A DNA stretch of 64,000 nucleotides from Hydrolagus colliei (lineage: Eukaryota): contig CM068757.1 in the NCBI GenBank assembly GCA_035084275.1, positions 5,146,001 to 5,210,000 on the forward strand, read 5' to 3'. Numbering within the stretch: the stretch's first letter is position 1; each line of letters begins with the position of its first letter. The position numbers and the translations under genes are program-made. This document shows, piece after piece, positions 14,715-28,535 of the stretch. The notes under the pieces are model-generated. The model worked only from the letters and a program-made list of their open reading frames with translations, did no database searches and had not been told where the DNA came from.

Positions 14715-14790
14715 ATTGGCAACATCAAACACTTGGTTTCAGAGTAAAGCCTCTTCTGTTCTCTCCAACAGTGCCTCTAATCTCAGAGAG
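14715..14790 (-). mobile_element. LF-SINE-like 3' fragment
   Basis: Minus strand gaggcactgttggagagaacagaagaggctttactctg...gtgtttgatg resembles the recalled 3' part of LF-SINE-related repeats. Confidence 0.4.
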
Positions 14791-14888
14791 TTAAAAACTG
14801 GCTGTATCAAGTGACACTTCCGTTTCTTACATCTGTTACCCTTACTGGGTGTCTCACTGAAATTGCCAACTTGCTGCCAATGTGTAAG

Positions 14889-15093
14889 GAGCCTGGCTCA
14901 GTTGGCTCCGGTTGTGGTTTCAAACCCCCACCCCGAGTCAGGACTTTTGAGTTGACAATGGTCTTCCAATGCAGAGGTACTGCCATGATCTCCTATGGTT
15001 ATTCAGTCACTATGTTCTATAATGAATCTTGTGAAGGGTTTTGAGACTTGCCATTACGTGCAAGGCTAAATTTCAAATGCGAGAATTATTATT
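14889..15093 (+). mobile_element. Internally deleted DeuSINE-like SINE (tRNA head plus L2-type tail)
   Basis: gcctggctcagttgg...ggttgtggtttcaaacccc head; gtgaagggttttgagac...aaatgcgagaattattatt tail. Confidence 0.55.
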
Positions 15094-15931
15094 CTTTTCA
15101 CAAACACACACGCGCAGACACATCTCTACCTCTAGCGAGGTGACAGAAGCAATGAAAAAAGTAGAGCTTGACCTGCCTGGTATTTTGTTTCCCTAGTTCG
15201 GTCGGGTCTTGAGACCAGTTGCAATCTCCCTCCCCCTTTCGTCATGGGATCTGCTGAATTCAGCTTACTCATGCATTGCTTGGCTGCTCAGGAGATAAAT
15301 GATGAGCGGGGATTTGACTGAGAAAGATAACCCAAGGAAAGTTAAGAGAGACAGCTGCACAAAAACGAACTTCTACTCAGGCTTGGAGCCAATTCCTTCA
15401 AAAGTGATACGCTTTTTGTTTAACGATTGGGAAGAGAAGCTCTCTGGTTACTAGATTCTAATGAAAACCCTGCTTCTCTCTCAAACTCCCAGCTCTAATC
15501 AATCCACCTTTCAGGCTTGTGTAAGCCCTAGATGTCTCCAGGGTGGAAACCGCATATTCTCTACCCAAGCAGCTTTGAAAAACTGAATACAAAATCACCT
15601 CTGCCATGTGAGATCTCAGCGTGAGTCACAGATTGAAAGCAGGGAGGAAACGAGGTGTTGTCTTATCATGTCAACACAGCCACCTGAGTTGGTTAAACAT
15701 GATTTTAATTAGGGAGCTGCTGATATACTATCGAAATGTAACCAGGAGTTTCTCCATATACAATGTTATGCAGAACACCTAATTATTAAGATGCAATCCA
15801 AGATCATTTGACCAGTGTAGTACAGAACAACCTGGAGAGAAGACATTGAGAAAGGAAGACATAGAAATCCTCAAAGCTACCAGTACATTCACAGTTTGTA
15901 TCACGTTTCAAACTGCCTGGAAAATTCTGTA

Positions 15932-16295
15932 ACAATAATAGTAAAAATAAAAATAATTACCCTTACATATGACATAGAACCTTACATGCCAGGAAGACGT
16001 CTCAAAGCACTTCTTAGGATACACTTAAAGTACAGTGACTGCATCGTATAAGCAGACATGACAGCCCATTTAATATCCCATGAACAGGACTAAAGTGAGT
16101 GCCAATTTTACAAGGGTGGTTGTTAGCTTGAACACCGAGAGAAACGCCTCCCTTTCCGAATAGTGCCATCGGATCTTTAACATTCACTTGAGCAGGCAAA
16201 CAGGACCCGCAGTTTCACACCTCATCCAATAAATGGCACTTCCAACTCTGCAGCTCTTCTGCAGTAAGGCAATGGAACGTCAGCCTTAGACCTGT
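15932..16295 (-). mobile_element. DeuSINE (SacSINE1-like), 5'-truncated
   Basis: Minus strand caagtgaatgttaaagatccgatggcactattcggaaaggg = Deu domain; L2-type tail at 15932-16012. Confidence 0.8.
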
Positions 16296-16795
16296 CTGCG
16301 ATGCTCTCTAATGAAATTGGAAGTGGTCCTCACTAAATGTACGAGTGGTAACTTGGTGAGATACTGGAGGATGCCAATGGAAGTACATTCCTAAGTGGAG
16401 TGAAAGTAGATTATTCTATATTTCTTTACGTATACGTACAGCAGAGCAAAAGAGAGAAATTCCCAGTGGCTAAAATGGAAAGTATTGGGCTAGCATACAA
16501 ACATACTGGCTTAAAAGTAAAGATTCTTTTCTTTAAGTAATTACTCATATGAAATTGCTCGAATTCTTGCACGGAACAAATCAGATGCACAAATAAGTAT
16601 TTGGCAAGCGTTTTATTTGTTTGGGGGAAAGTGAAAAGCCTCAAGAGCAGTGTGTCACTTCAGACTGACATTGCACTCAAGGGATGCAGTGAAGCACTCT
16701 GATGTGACTGATGTGATGTTTGTGAAGCCTGGGTTGGCTGACTGGCGGACGTCGTTTTATAAGATGGTTGGAATCCTACGGACCCCAATTACGGC

Positions 16796-16880
16796 TTTAT
16801 AATAGGTTGTTGGTGGCTGGTTGTTGTGGCGTTTTGTTCTTTGTTCCGCTGTATTGACCTTGCCCTTACTCATCCATCCT
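16796..16880 (+). repeat. Local direct repeat A, copy 1
   Basis: ~85 bp similar to 17891-17971 (ataggttgttggtggctggttgttg...tgaccttgcccttactcatccatcct). Confidence 0.9.
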
Positions 16881-17890
16881 CTCCTCCAGCTGTTTTTGCA
16901 CAGATTCTCAATGGGATGGAGCAGCATAGACTTGCTTTTAGGTAGTGATTGCCCTTTAGTTCTGTTCTCTCCAGGAACAGCGGGCGCTGTCTGGCTGGCA
17001 TGTCATTGTGAAGATGTTAATGCTCAGTCCATGCTCTTTAAGCACTCTGCTGCAGCTTTGAATGGATTGCATGTTTTTTTCTTAACGGGAACGCTCCCGA
17101 ATGCAGTACAGTATTTCCACAGAAGCAGCAATGGCTATTGAATGGCATTTGCTGCTGCTTCCTAGTAATGCATTAGCCGTGAACGTGGGCCAGACATTAT
17201 TGAAGTATCAGCATTAAAAGGCATGGACTCTGTGAGATTGGTACCACTCGTGCTTTCGGAAAACCTCAAGTTCTTATTGGCAGATAATGAATTATTATCA
17301 AACAGCTCCAATTGGTAACCACTTAAATCAGTTTGCGAAACAGCTCTGAGGCTTTGAAACTTCTCGGGTCGAACATAAATGAATCCATGTGTCTCCTGTT
17401 AAACCCTGTACCATAATGGAGAGTCAGCTGGTGTAAAGCCAGTCTCTGCTGCATCACTGCCAGTAGGAGCTTGCTTGATATTCGCTATGTTACCAGACAG
17501 ATTGCAGACACCGCAAGTCTTACGGCACGTTTGTGTCTATACTCTTATGCTCCAACCACAGCAGGGCAGATGTTTCTGTTAAGTCAGTAAATAAGTGACC
17601 CACTTGATTAGTGGGTTAATGTGCTGACAAGCTGTGCCACAGGGTCGGAAGCCTTGGAACACTCTGTGCTTCCAGTATGGGCTGGAGCAATCTTAAGGAA
17701 TTCTGCGGCAAAAGACAAAAATACCTCCACGAAGGGATGCAAGTCACCGGTGAGAGCCATTTGTTCCTCGCACTTTCAGGAGAAGGTGTATCGGTTTCAT
17801 GGTTCTACACCACGTAACATTAGAACTCCAGCAAAATACAGGACACACAATGTATTTGTATCATGTTTACATACTATATATATTACTGAT

Positions 17891-17971
17891 TTTACGATAG
17901 GGTGTTGGTGGTTGGTTGTTGCGTTTATTGTTTGTAACACTGTACTGACTTTGCCCATACTCATCCATCCT
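17891..17971 (+). repeat. Local direct repeat A, copy 2
   Basis: atagggtgttggtggttggttgttg...tgactttgcccatactcatccatcct. Confidence 0.9.
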
Positions 17972-20900
17972 ATTACATATGGATATATATCCACCTTACA
18001 ATAGTGAAACGCTGTAATACGATGCTATATCAAATCCACAAATTATTGCTTTAATATTATCACTGACTAGTTCAGCACTAAGAGGGGATATAAGATATTC
18101 ATGCCCATGTGGACATGTGAAGAATAAATACTAATAGGTATTTTCTGAGAACACTCCAGCACGGTTTGGGAGGGAGGAATCACTGAAATTCGCGTTGAAA
18201 GGAATTTCAATCCATCATTCAATCGCACTTGTGTTTAAATAGGAAGGGTTTGCGTGGCTTAATGTGTGCAGTTCAGAGGATAGGATAAAGAGAATAAGCT
18301 ATCTTACACCTGCTTCCTAGCAGCTAAGAGAATGACTTTGTAAGCTTGTTATATATTTCATTATAGATTTTGTTCTTGCCAAAGACATTACTTTGTTTTA
18401 TAATACCAGTCATGCGTGATATTCCTGAGAACGGATGGAAGCCGGAAGCAGGGGGAATGTATTGCTTACCGAATGACAGACCTTTATTTAGCATATATTC
18501 GACAGCACCCGAAATAGGTCATTCATTCCAACTAGTCCATGCTGATGTATTCAATCCACATGAATCTCCACCAATGCCATATGCACCAGAGGGGAAGTTC
18601 CTATTTGTGTGAATTTATCCTGGAGTAGAAGCAAAAGCCTTGGGAATAAAGTTCATACAAGTGTGTTTGCGAGTCAATAAACTTCCCACAAAACGAATGC
18701 ACAACATGGAATTCATGACCCAGCATAACGGTAGATACATTAAGGCCCAACAGTCACTGCAGTATCAGTCAAGAATTACGAATGCCTAAATTGCTCGGCA
18801 CCTCTGGTAAGTCTTTCTGTCTCTGAAAATGAACAAGCACTGATTGATTCAGTTAGTTGTACTGCATCCATATAGAATGGCTCTGCAGCTCTTAAAAGTA
18901 CAACTGTGGACAAATCTCTTTTTTTTTAATTCTCTCTCTCTCTGTGTTGGTTCATATTAACAATGGAAATCAAATCTTCACAATTCATTGAGCTCTCAGC
19001 AAACCTCTTCTCTTGAACTGGTGGCAATTTAAAAACGATATACGGTATATTATTCAGTCCCTTTGTGAGTTAAAGATACAGCTCCCTATTTTAAAATAAT
19101 TGCTGAGTTTCTTACTTTAGGTTTAGCTTAAAATGCAAATAGCTGTTGCAAAAAAAAACTAATTTCAATGGGAGTCTGATTTCAAGTAGAATACTTTGAT
19201 TTCTCTGCTGCTTCAGCCCATCATATTAGGATGAAGTCTTTTGTGGTTTTAGCGGGTGGATTAGAGACAATCATTTTACTTTTAAAAAATTAAATATTTT
19301 ATTGTTCCTGTCTTAACTCAGTACCATGAGCTGACATTTATTCATATCTGACAAAACCATGTACAGTATATTGCTATTCAGCAACCATTCTTGAGGTTCA
19401 CCATTCAAACCCATTTTTACAGATTCCTTAAAACATTGTAGATGATGGGAGTGGATTTAATCTACTCTTTGCTTCAGTATATTTTTGAAGATGGTGTAAA
19501 TATGCATTGCAAATGATTGAGAAAAAACAGAAAAAATAGGAGAGGAGGAGTAGCACGATATGATGGATAAACTGGAGACTAATAAAGCAGATCTGATATC
19601 TCACAGGAATCAAATGAATTGAATTAATATATAGGTGTGGCACAGCATTGAGCTGCCCCCTCTGTGCAGAATATAAATAAGGTGTGATTCATGATGAAAC
19701 ACGAGTACTCAGAGGTAAAAAAAATTTGAGAAATGGTTGGTTTTGATCAACCCATTACAATGCAGAGATGGCTGGCTGTTGGTGAAGGGAAACCGTGTGA
19801 ATGTGTTTTTTTCCCTGCTTTCCAAAAAATCTAAAGTTAAACATAAAAACAAATATATCATCGTCGATGTTTTGCTTCCTCTTGCTTGAAGAAATATTCA
19901 ACCTCCCGTCGGATAGCACCCCAGCCCATTTTGTGTTGTTTCGAAGAACTTATACAATCGGCGTATAAATTCATAGAGATCGAGAAGCTGAGATTTTTTT
20001 TCACAAGGGGAGTGAATCCAATATAGGCCATGCCACAAGAAACTAAGTGGGGCATCTGTCAATTAGTTGGCATTTGAGGCATGATGCTGTGTTCCTGATG
20101 TCCCTGTCTGACATTAGTGCAGTACACTCGTTTTAATTCTGTTTGGTTGAACTGTTTATCTCCAAGGCATCACAGAGGAGCCCATCAGCGAAGAACTGTT
20201 CTGTAATCACTGGAGTCCTTCAATAAACCAGAAAGCTGTGAATTACCAAAGGGTGCAAGTACTTTAAATTTATTTTGCACCTTGTATGTATTTTAAAAAA
20301 TTGTAAACTATAACGATGTCTATTTTTTGACTGGAAACGCTCCCTTCTCATTCTTTATATCATTAGATCGTCCGTATCTTTGACAGATTCTTGACCAGTT
20401 GGAAACAAAATGGACCCGCTGGACAAAGTGACAATTTTGAAGTTATTCTTCTGAAATTCCAAGCTCTGTTGACGGGTACGTTGACCAGAGGAAGTTACTT
20501 ACAGGCAGCTGTGATTGACAGTTTCCGCCCATTCACTTCCATGCATTATCCTGTTCACAGATTGTTAACGAATGTATTCTTTCTGTAACTTCTCAGAGGT
20601 AACTATATTCAAATGGTTGGTCGGGTCCCAATCCTTTAGTTGTGTTTAGTTACCTGAATGCACATAACAGAGCTCCGAGTGACAGGAGTGCTGTAGTTTG
20701 CCTCTGCTATGTGCACTCAGGTACCTGAGCACAGTTAAAGGATAGGGACTGTACCAGCCATTTGGATATCGTTATCCCTGAGAAGTTCAACTGTATTTTC
20801 AAGGACAGGGAGCTCTGCATTTGCACATTTGTTTGACATATATAATGCACTAAATTGTGCTGAGTTTAAGCAATATACAAAATATACTAAATGTTAGGGT

Positions 20901-22729
20901 AGGTGGCAATAGGCTCTTGTACTCATTAATATTCTGCCATGCATCGTTCTCATACTCTCGCAAGGTCGAATGATGCCACCTGAACTTGCCGTGTGAAAAG
21001 CTCTTTGGGGTTTTTTTGGAGGTGGAAAAACTGTGCAGAGTTGCAAACACACAGTCACTGCACTTAATTCTGTGAAGCACTTTGAGATATTACTACAGCG
21101 TGATAAAGCACAATATGAAAGATTCTAGTTAATTTAGATAAGCTCTCTCTCAAAAAAAATGCTTGCATTTTCTAACTCTCATGGATGCTTCCGTCGGCTC
21201 TCTTTATCTATCAAATATGTTCTCACTCACTTGTGTCTCGTAGATGTGCTCACTCTTTCTTTCTTGGGTGTGCAAACACACACACACACAAACTTCATAT
21301 CACCTTAATGCCCACGGAGATGGATTTGAAGAAATCCTCTAAAGAGACCAGTTGACTCCGAATTGTTCCAATGTTTTTCCCTAGAATCTTATGTGTCCTG
21401 GTTGACACTATTATCTGGTGTTCAGCACAGAATCACATCTTATGTCACACACACAAACACACACAAGCATAGTGTGTGACAGCCGCCTCCTTCAGTGCTG
21501 TGTTGTGCTCTCTTGCTTGGTACCTGAATTGGCGTCAGGTTGGCAGGCCCACACAGCATGACGGAGCATTGCTGTAACCTGGTGACCGCTAGCATTGTAG
21601 TTAGTCTGAGAGCTGTAAATATAAGCCTCATTTCACGATTGCCAGGGGAACAGTGCAAAATGTTGTGTTAATCTCAAAAGCAGGGATGTCAAGCTTATTT
21701 CCCTAAATTATTGCCTGATAGCTGAAGATGTGTTGCTCATTTATCTGTTTTTCCACTCGATCGTTGCCCAGGTTTACAGTAAAGAAATCAGAATTCAGCA
21801 AGCTGAGACGAGATTTATCGTTTGCGAGGCCCATGAGGGGGGTTTCTTCAATCAGAGCTTATTTATGTTGCAATGTATTCAGTGTGAGGCAGGAACACTG
21901 CTTAAAGACAGAGATGGCCCTTTCTGTCAGCAGAGGTGAGCTGCATTTCGAAGCTCTCGAGAAATCCAATCTATATCTAGTAGTTTTTTAAACCAAAATC
22001 TACCAGCTGTAACAATTGATGTGATTATTTCCGCGACAAGATTTTCCCTTCATCGTTCCGGTGATTATATTGTTGCTTACTACACTATGGTATTTGGATT
22101 TCTTTGGAGTAGTTATAGTCACTCAAATGCAAGTTTAAAGTTCGCGGGTTAATTCATAGGAGCTCACCATTCACATAATAGTGTTTTTTTTACTTTCCTT
22201 CAAACCTTTGCTCACTTTACCGCTTCCGTGAATTCTCAGGGAATGATACGCATGGATTTTTTCTAGGTTAACTGACGCAGTGAATTTCACCCTTCACCCG
22301 TGGCTTTTAATCTAGCCTCGTCTGGCAAAATGTAAAGTCTTTTTTCTCTGGTGGTCTCGAGGCTGCTGGCAAAATGACTTTTGGGGGCAATCTCAAGTCA
22401 ATTCATCATAGACTCGAGTCCACAGCTTACGTTGTCCATAATTCAGCACCAGTTGTCAGTTGACTTAGAGGAGGTGAAAGAACTGTAGACTATAGTGCAA
22501 CAGGGGAAGTGCAAAGCACTGCAAATGACCTAAGATGCTGTCGAGTAGGAAGAGAGATCCAACTGGTCCCTGATTTTTAATCTCCTGGGGCAGAGAGCTT
22601 GGGTATGGAGGCTGTGTGAGAACGGGGCCAGGCATGGCTTAGCTTTGTCCCTCCCAAACTGTACCGTTAAGAAACACGTAAAGAATGACGACTTAAAAAG
22701 AACTGCTGGGTGCAATTGGCTGCCGCTTT

Positions 22730-23050
22730 TAATAATAATAATAATAATTATCCTTGCATTTGATATAGTGCTTTTCACATCTTCTAGATACCTCACAGCG
22801 CTTCACAGAATATACTGTAAAGTGAATTGACACTGTATTTGTGGATGAAACGCGGTGGCCAATTGCGCACTGCAGTGTCCCACAAACAGTCGTGGATTGA
22901 AATGACCAATTTCTTATAGTTTTTTTTGAAGGGTTATTATTAGGCATGTGGAGTAAGGAAACTTACCCAAGGTTTCACTCTGACTGGATTCGAACACAGG
23001 TCTTACGCTTGAAAGGCATGTGCTCTAACCAATGAGCTACCTGACTCCAC
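22730..23050 (-). mobile_element. Full-length tRNA-derived SINE (SINE2, CORE-like middle, L2-type tail)
   Basis: Reverse complement of the consensus gtggagtc..gtagctca.tggttagagca...gttcgaatcc...ccttggg.aagtttccttactccaca...aaatgcaaggat(ATT)n. Confidence 0.95.
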
Positions 23051-23062
23051 GACTTTACCCAT

Positions 23063-23151
23063 AAATACACAGTCACTCCACATTACAATGTATTCTATGA
23101 AGCGCTTTGAGACAGCTCAACAATGTAATGTCAAATGCAAGGATGATTATT
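23063..23151 (+). mobile_element. Older SINE 3' fragment
   Basis: acacagtcactcc...tgaagcgctttgagac...tcaaatgcaaggatgattatt. Confidence 0.75.
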
Positions 23152-25530
23152 GAAAGGAGCTGCTGCCTCTCAGTGGACTGTTGCCTTTGGGATAGGGTAA
23201 GAAAGGGAAAAATTTAAAGTAGCAACAAGAAAGTTGGGTAAAATTGTGTATTGTGTTTTAGAAGTGTATATGCATGTGTGTGTGTGGTGGGGGTGAGGGG
23301 GGAGAGATTTATATTAACACCATTAAAAGTCATGGATTAGAAAAATGATTTATAGCAAAACAGAGATTGAAAAACTGAAAAAAAATTAACATTCCCTGTG
23401 GATTTGCCTGTAAGCTTGTTGTGTCACAGATCTTTTCGCCGCTGAGGGTCTGTCTTATTAGAGATCGTATGTTTATTTCTATGCCAGTGTATTTATGCAG
23501 TCTATTGAGATAAAGCTCCCAATTCTGCAAGGCCTCAATTAACCAATAGCTAGTTTACAACCAGGCTTTGCAACTGAAGCTCTTTGTACATTAAGATATG
23601 AACGGAAGACATTTATTTTACGTTTGTATATTTCAAAGGATAATCACACGCACAGCCAAGTCTAAGTGGAAATAAATTTTAAACAGTTGTTGCTAATAAC
23701 TCATTATCTGCGGTGACTGGACCAGCTCTATGAAAATGTTTAGCCAAAAGATTTGTTTCTAAATTAGGCGCACAATAAGAGACGCTAATATCTGAATAGG
23801 CTTTTTCATCCGTGATGGATCTCTTCAGGCCTGAGGTATAACAGTTGTAGATTGCTGAGCTCGGGTGAAGAAAATAGTGGGGGTGGAGGCATGGAGGGGT
23901 GTGCAGATGGGGGAAAGGAAGATAAATAAGCACATATTTCATGCCTGGCAGCAAGTCTGCCTCATGCTGGCTGGGCATGGAGAAGATTTCGGCTCTTGGA
24001 GAAATCTACATCATTTACATTATTCAGATTGTGAGTTGCCCTTCAAGTCTCCTTTTTGGGAGTGACACAGGAGGGATGGGAGTTAACTCCTTGAACCAAT
24101 GTCAGGCTGACCGATGGATCCTCCAGGCCGTGCAAACCAAAGACACTTGGCAACGCTTTCCCCATTTGTGGGTTGCTCACATAGAAACCTCACAAGTGCT
24201 TTAAAAGTTCGAGCTCAGCACATATAGGAGAGGAAGGTCTAAAGATTTGAAGGTCCCTTTCCCACAATTTCTCCTGGCTTCCTGAATGCGAGGAGCTTTC
24301 ATTTGGGATATTTGTATTCAGAGACTAGGAAATTGTACCTTCCCCTCCCCCACCCGCCCCACACTAACCCCCATGCCCCACACCTACACTTAGACAATAA
24401 AACAGTGCTGGGACAGAACAATAGAATAATGAGTTCAGTTTTGCCCGAAACATATTTAAAATTTATGAGCTGTGTCTCATGCTACAACTCGCGTGATGGA
24501 TTCAGGCAATTTTTTTTCCAACTCTCTTTCTCAGGAGTTATTTTTAATTTGCTACCATTTGGATGACGAAACATAACCCAGATAGAGTATTCAGTAATGA
24601 GAAGTTCTTTCAAAGAAGAAGATGTGTTTTGTAATTTCTCTGATCCCGATTACCAGCCTGTTGCTCACGGCACAGTGAAGCAATGAGGCATTCCAGTGTT
24701 CAGCATTTGTTGCCAGTGATGGTTTGTGTGGAAAGAATGGTACAATTCAACAAACATTTGGTGGCGCATTTCCAGTAAATGAAGCAATAATTTTAGCGAT
24801 AGTTTGAAATTAATTGTCCTATATCTGTAGCTAACAAGAGTAGTTTTTCAATTCCTATGCAAATAGAATGATTCAGTGTCATGAAAAACAAGCTTAGGTG
24901 CAGTGCTGATAACCAGGTGTTTGTCATCCAAATACCAGCCAACAGCCTTGGAAATTCAACCTTCTTATTTATGCTGCAGTAGAGAAATGTTGAAGTCAAG
25001 TAGAGCCCCCACGAATAACCTGCTTAATTACTGTGTACACCTCAAGCAATTGGCCCACAGGATTTTCATTTTTATCTCCATAGCTGAGAGTTTACTATCT
25101 GTGGGTGGTAGAGGTTTAATGATTGTCTCCCTGCTGCAACTATTTGGAACTTGTTAAATCCATTCTTTCCTTATTGTTTTGCAAATCATCTTGCACTCTG
25201 AAATCTTCCAAAACCCAGTGCCACGGGCAGGAAGGCAGATCAATTTGAGCAGTAAACTCCACTCATTTGAAACAAAGTGAATATTTTACCACATCCCTTT
25301 CCACATTGATTACTGTTAAAACCCAAGGCATCGTAGGAATATGCCTTTGCTTGATTTGGCAATTAAAGTGTTTACAAGATCACAAGACACATTTGGTTGA
25401 AGAAGGCCTACTGGTCTATTTGATTTCTTTGTTCTGGAATAGAAACTCTCCTGCCCACCCCATTACAATATCAACATCAAACGGTTTAAAAGGATCAATT
25501 TGTTTTCATGCCATGTGGATATACTTCAGA

Positions 25531-25878
25531 TGTGGAGTCCTGTAGCATATTGGTGAGAGCATTCACCTCGCAAACGAGTGGATCCGGGTTCAATTCCCAA
25601 GCAGGCAAGTTTCCTTGCTGCACAAGCCTCTGTTTAGCTAGCAGTGAGTAGGAACTCGGTTGTTAGTTGATTGGCGGATCGCTTTCCGGGTGTAATAATC
25701 CCTTATAAATAATAATTTGATCACTCAATCCATGACTGTATGTGAGACGCTGTTGTGTGCAATTGGCAGCCGGATTTTGTCCACAAAATACGCAGTCAAT
25801 TCACTTTACAATATATTCTGTGAGGCGGTTTGAGACATCTCAACAACTTGATGAGGCATTATATCGATGATTATTATT
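25531..25878 (+). mobile_element. tRNA-derived SINE, long variant with extra internal segment
   Basis: tgtggagtcctgtagc head, B box ggttcaattcc, extra gcctctgtttagctagcagtgagtagg...ggatcgctttcc block, SINE 3' end. Confidence 0.9.
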
Positions 25879-26129
25879 GTAGAAGCAAAATTAGAAGAGT
25901 GTAATAGCATTGCTCTGGTTTTGATCGCCTTTGCCAATCATGCAATTTGCAACCCATTGCCCATGTTAATTCACAGCAGTGGATTGGAAATCAGAGTGCA
26001 ATCATCAGGTGAGTAGAGAAACTGCCACATGTTTTGTTGTAAATGCAACAATTTCTGGCTGAAGGTGGTTCTGACTTGTTTCGCTGTTCGAATAGCTCGT
26101 GTTTGTTACCTGCTTTCACAATCTTGCCA

Positions 26130-26411
26130 CTCTACCTCTTCAATCTCTTACTTCCCCTGTCTCTGCCTCCGCATTCCCCCCTCCATCCCATCATCCACAG
26201 GTGATCTTTCAGCCACTTTGCCTACAATCATTGGATCACTCTTCTATAAATCCTTCCACTTCACCCCCTTCTCTCTCTGTGCTTTCATTATCTGCCAAAA
26301 GACATCTTTCTGACCGCTTACTCCCACAACCCTCTTCCCCGATCAGGGTTTGTAAAGCGCTTTGAGATATTCTCCTATGGGACAGGTGCTATATAAGTCC
26401 AAATTGTTGTT
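26130..26411 (+). mobile_element. Degraded L2 3' end
   Basis: C-rich body; tgtaaagcgctttgaga...gctatataagtccaaattgttgtt tail. Confidence 0.6.
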
Positions 26412-27040
26412 CTCTTCAATACATATCTTTATTTGAATGATCAGCTTTTCTCTGCCACATCAGGGTAGTCTTCCCTGGTTGTTTTGTGCAGTTTTATCGT
26501 TATATAATGTGACAGATTATTGTGCAATAATATGTGGATTATTCAGGGTGCCATGTCTTGTGCTAGACATCTGGAACTAATGTGCATTGTTCAACCAGAT
26601 CATAGTTGTCAGTTTACGTACTTGGTTGACATTGATCAACATAAAATCTGAATTGACATTGTCAAAAGCTGAAAAGTGGACTAATAATTTTGACATGATT
26701 CACTCTGCAAACATTACACGCATGTTGAGCTTAGTTTGGCATCTACATTGTTTTGTGACAAAACAGCACTGAGAATGTGACAGTATTTTAGCTGTTTGCA
26801 GTGTACCCTGATGTCTTTATATTCCTTGAATCATCTTCCTGACTGAGGTAGATGTAGGTAAAATCGCAATAGAGGTGCACTTTTTCTAAAACTTGCTGAC
26901 TTCATGGTGATGCATTCTTTTAATGCTGTGCCTTTGAACTGTTTCTGGATGAGAGTGGTGGGATTGAAGATCAGACAAAGTGAGGGCAGAGATAATAAAA
27001 CACTTTTCTAAATTGCTGTGGTTTCTGTGGAATGACACTG

Positions 27041-27299
27041 GGAGACACTCGTAGTGCAGTGGCCAGGAGGCAAGCCCTTGCTAGTGAGAGGACCCGGGTT
27101 CAATTTCAGGGTGGCACGAAACCTTGGGCAAGTCTCCTTACTCCACACACTTCTGTTCTCCTAGCAGTAAGTAGGAGCCTGGTAGTTAATCGATTGTCGG
27201 ATCGCTTTCCGTATATAATAATCCCTCAAAAAATCCCTCACTCGTTCTACGACTTGTTTGTGGGAAATCGCTGCGTGCAAATTGGCTACTGTGTTTCGC
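27041..27299 (+). mobile_element. tRNA-derived SINE, long variant, 3'-truncated
   Basis: gacccgggttcaatt...aaaccttgggcaagtctccttactccacac, plus the same extra block as 25531 (ctagcagtaagtagg...ggatcgctttcc). Confidence 0.85.
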
Positions 27300-28279
27300 A
27301 GATCATTGCAGTTCAAGTCATTTACAACCGTGTTACTTCAGTTACTTTTTCCAGCCTCACGCTCTCATTGATATTAATAGCTCTGAACTTTCTGCTGAGT
27401 TCTCTGCAGTGTCTGGCTGCTTAAATGGCAAAGCCACCCGAGCTCATCCACTTATGGTTGATATATGTTCTACCGTTGCAACACTGATATTTTGCTTGAC
27501 TGTTTTCGAAGGAACAAATATGTTTCTGTGCTTTTTAGCTCCCAAAGGACAGTTACCGAGCAATTCTCCCCACTTCAACCACCTCTTCCATCAGCCATGT
27601 TACACACCAGGGATATTGAATAATTGGCACCTGAATCCTTATTCCCAAAGGATTCAGACAGCCATCAAATCCTTAATGCATTCTGCAGCATACAGTACCC
27701 AGTGAGTCAGATTTTTAGGAATACAAACTCAGAAATAAATCTGATGTATGTGGCAAACATTATCTGCAATGTACAACTCCCCACAAGCAGTGGGTTCAAG
27801 CTTTAAGCTGCAGCTTTGCCTCTTTCTGCATTCTCTTCAATTGACATGAATCATATTGGTGTCCCTTGTGTGGCTTTCTGAGTTACCTGCTTTGTGACGG
27901 GCTTGTTGGTCACATGGACCACATCACAGAGTGGATAATGCGTTGGAGGCAGTATATTCATGTTAAGATTAAATGCATGGGAGGGGGGGTGGGGAGGGGA
28001 GGGGGGATGGTCTGTAATTCTGTATTTATATTCCATGAAGAAAACTTGCAATGAATGCAGTTCTCAGCTACAAAAACGAGTGCAGCTAGTTATTGCATAT
28101 TTCCGAGCCATTCTTGGTGGCTTTCTGCCTATACGAGGTGAGCGCAAGCAACTCAAGTTCTCCTTGTACATGTGAGTTCACATTCAGTGTTGAGCATCTA
28201 TATTGCTCTCCAAGATGGGGTTGCCAACTGTAGTCACTGTTTAGCACCACCGTGTTTATGTTAGCTTATTTCAAGTGAC

Positions 28280-28535
28280 AGCCTGGTTCAGTGGATGGCA
28301 CTCTTGCCTCTGAGCCTGGAGATTCAACCCCCGCATTGGAACTTTGAGCTCATAGTCTAGACTGAAAATGCAATGCTTGTCAGACAGCAGCAATGTCAGA
28401 GGTTTATTTGTGGGACATTGCCTTGCACGGGCTGACTGCCAAAATCACCTAACACAGTCACTCCACTGTACAGTAAAATAATATGCCATCTCGATGACTT
28501 GATAAAATGCTATATCAAATGTAAGGATTACTATT
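28280..28535 (+). mobile_element. DeuSINE-like SINE, internally deleted
   Basis: gcctggttcagtggatggcactcttgcctctgag head (SacSINE1-like); gctatatcaaatgtaaggatta tail. Confidence 0.7.

Noticed and set aside
26844-26865. let-7-like TGAGGTAG seed
   Set aside because: Diverges after 8 nt and no precursor hairpin is evident.
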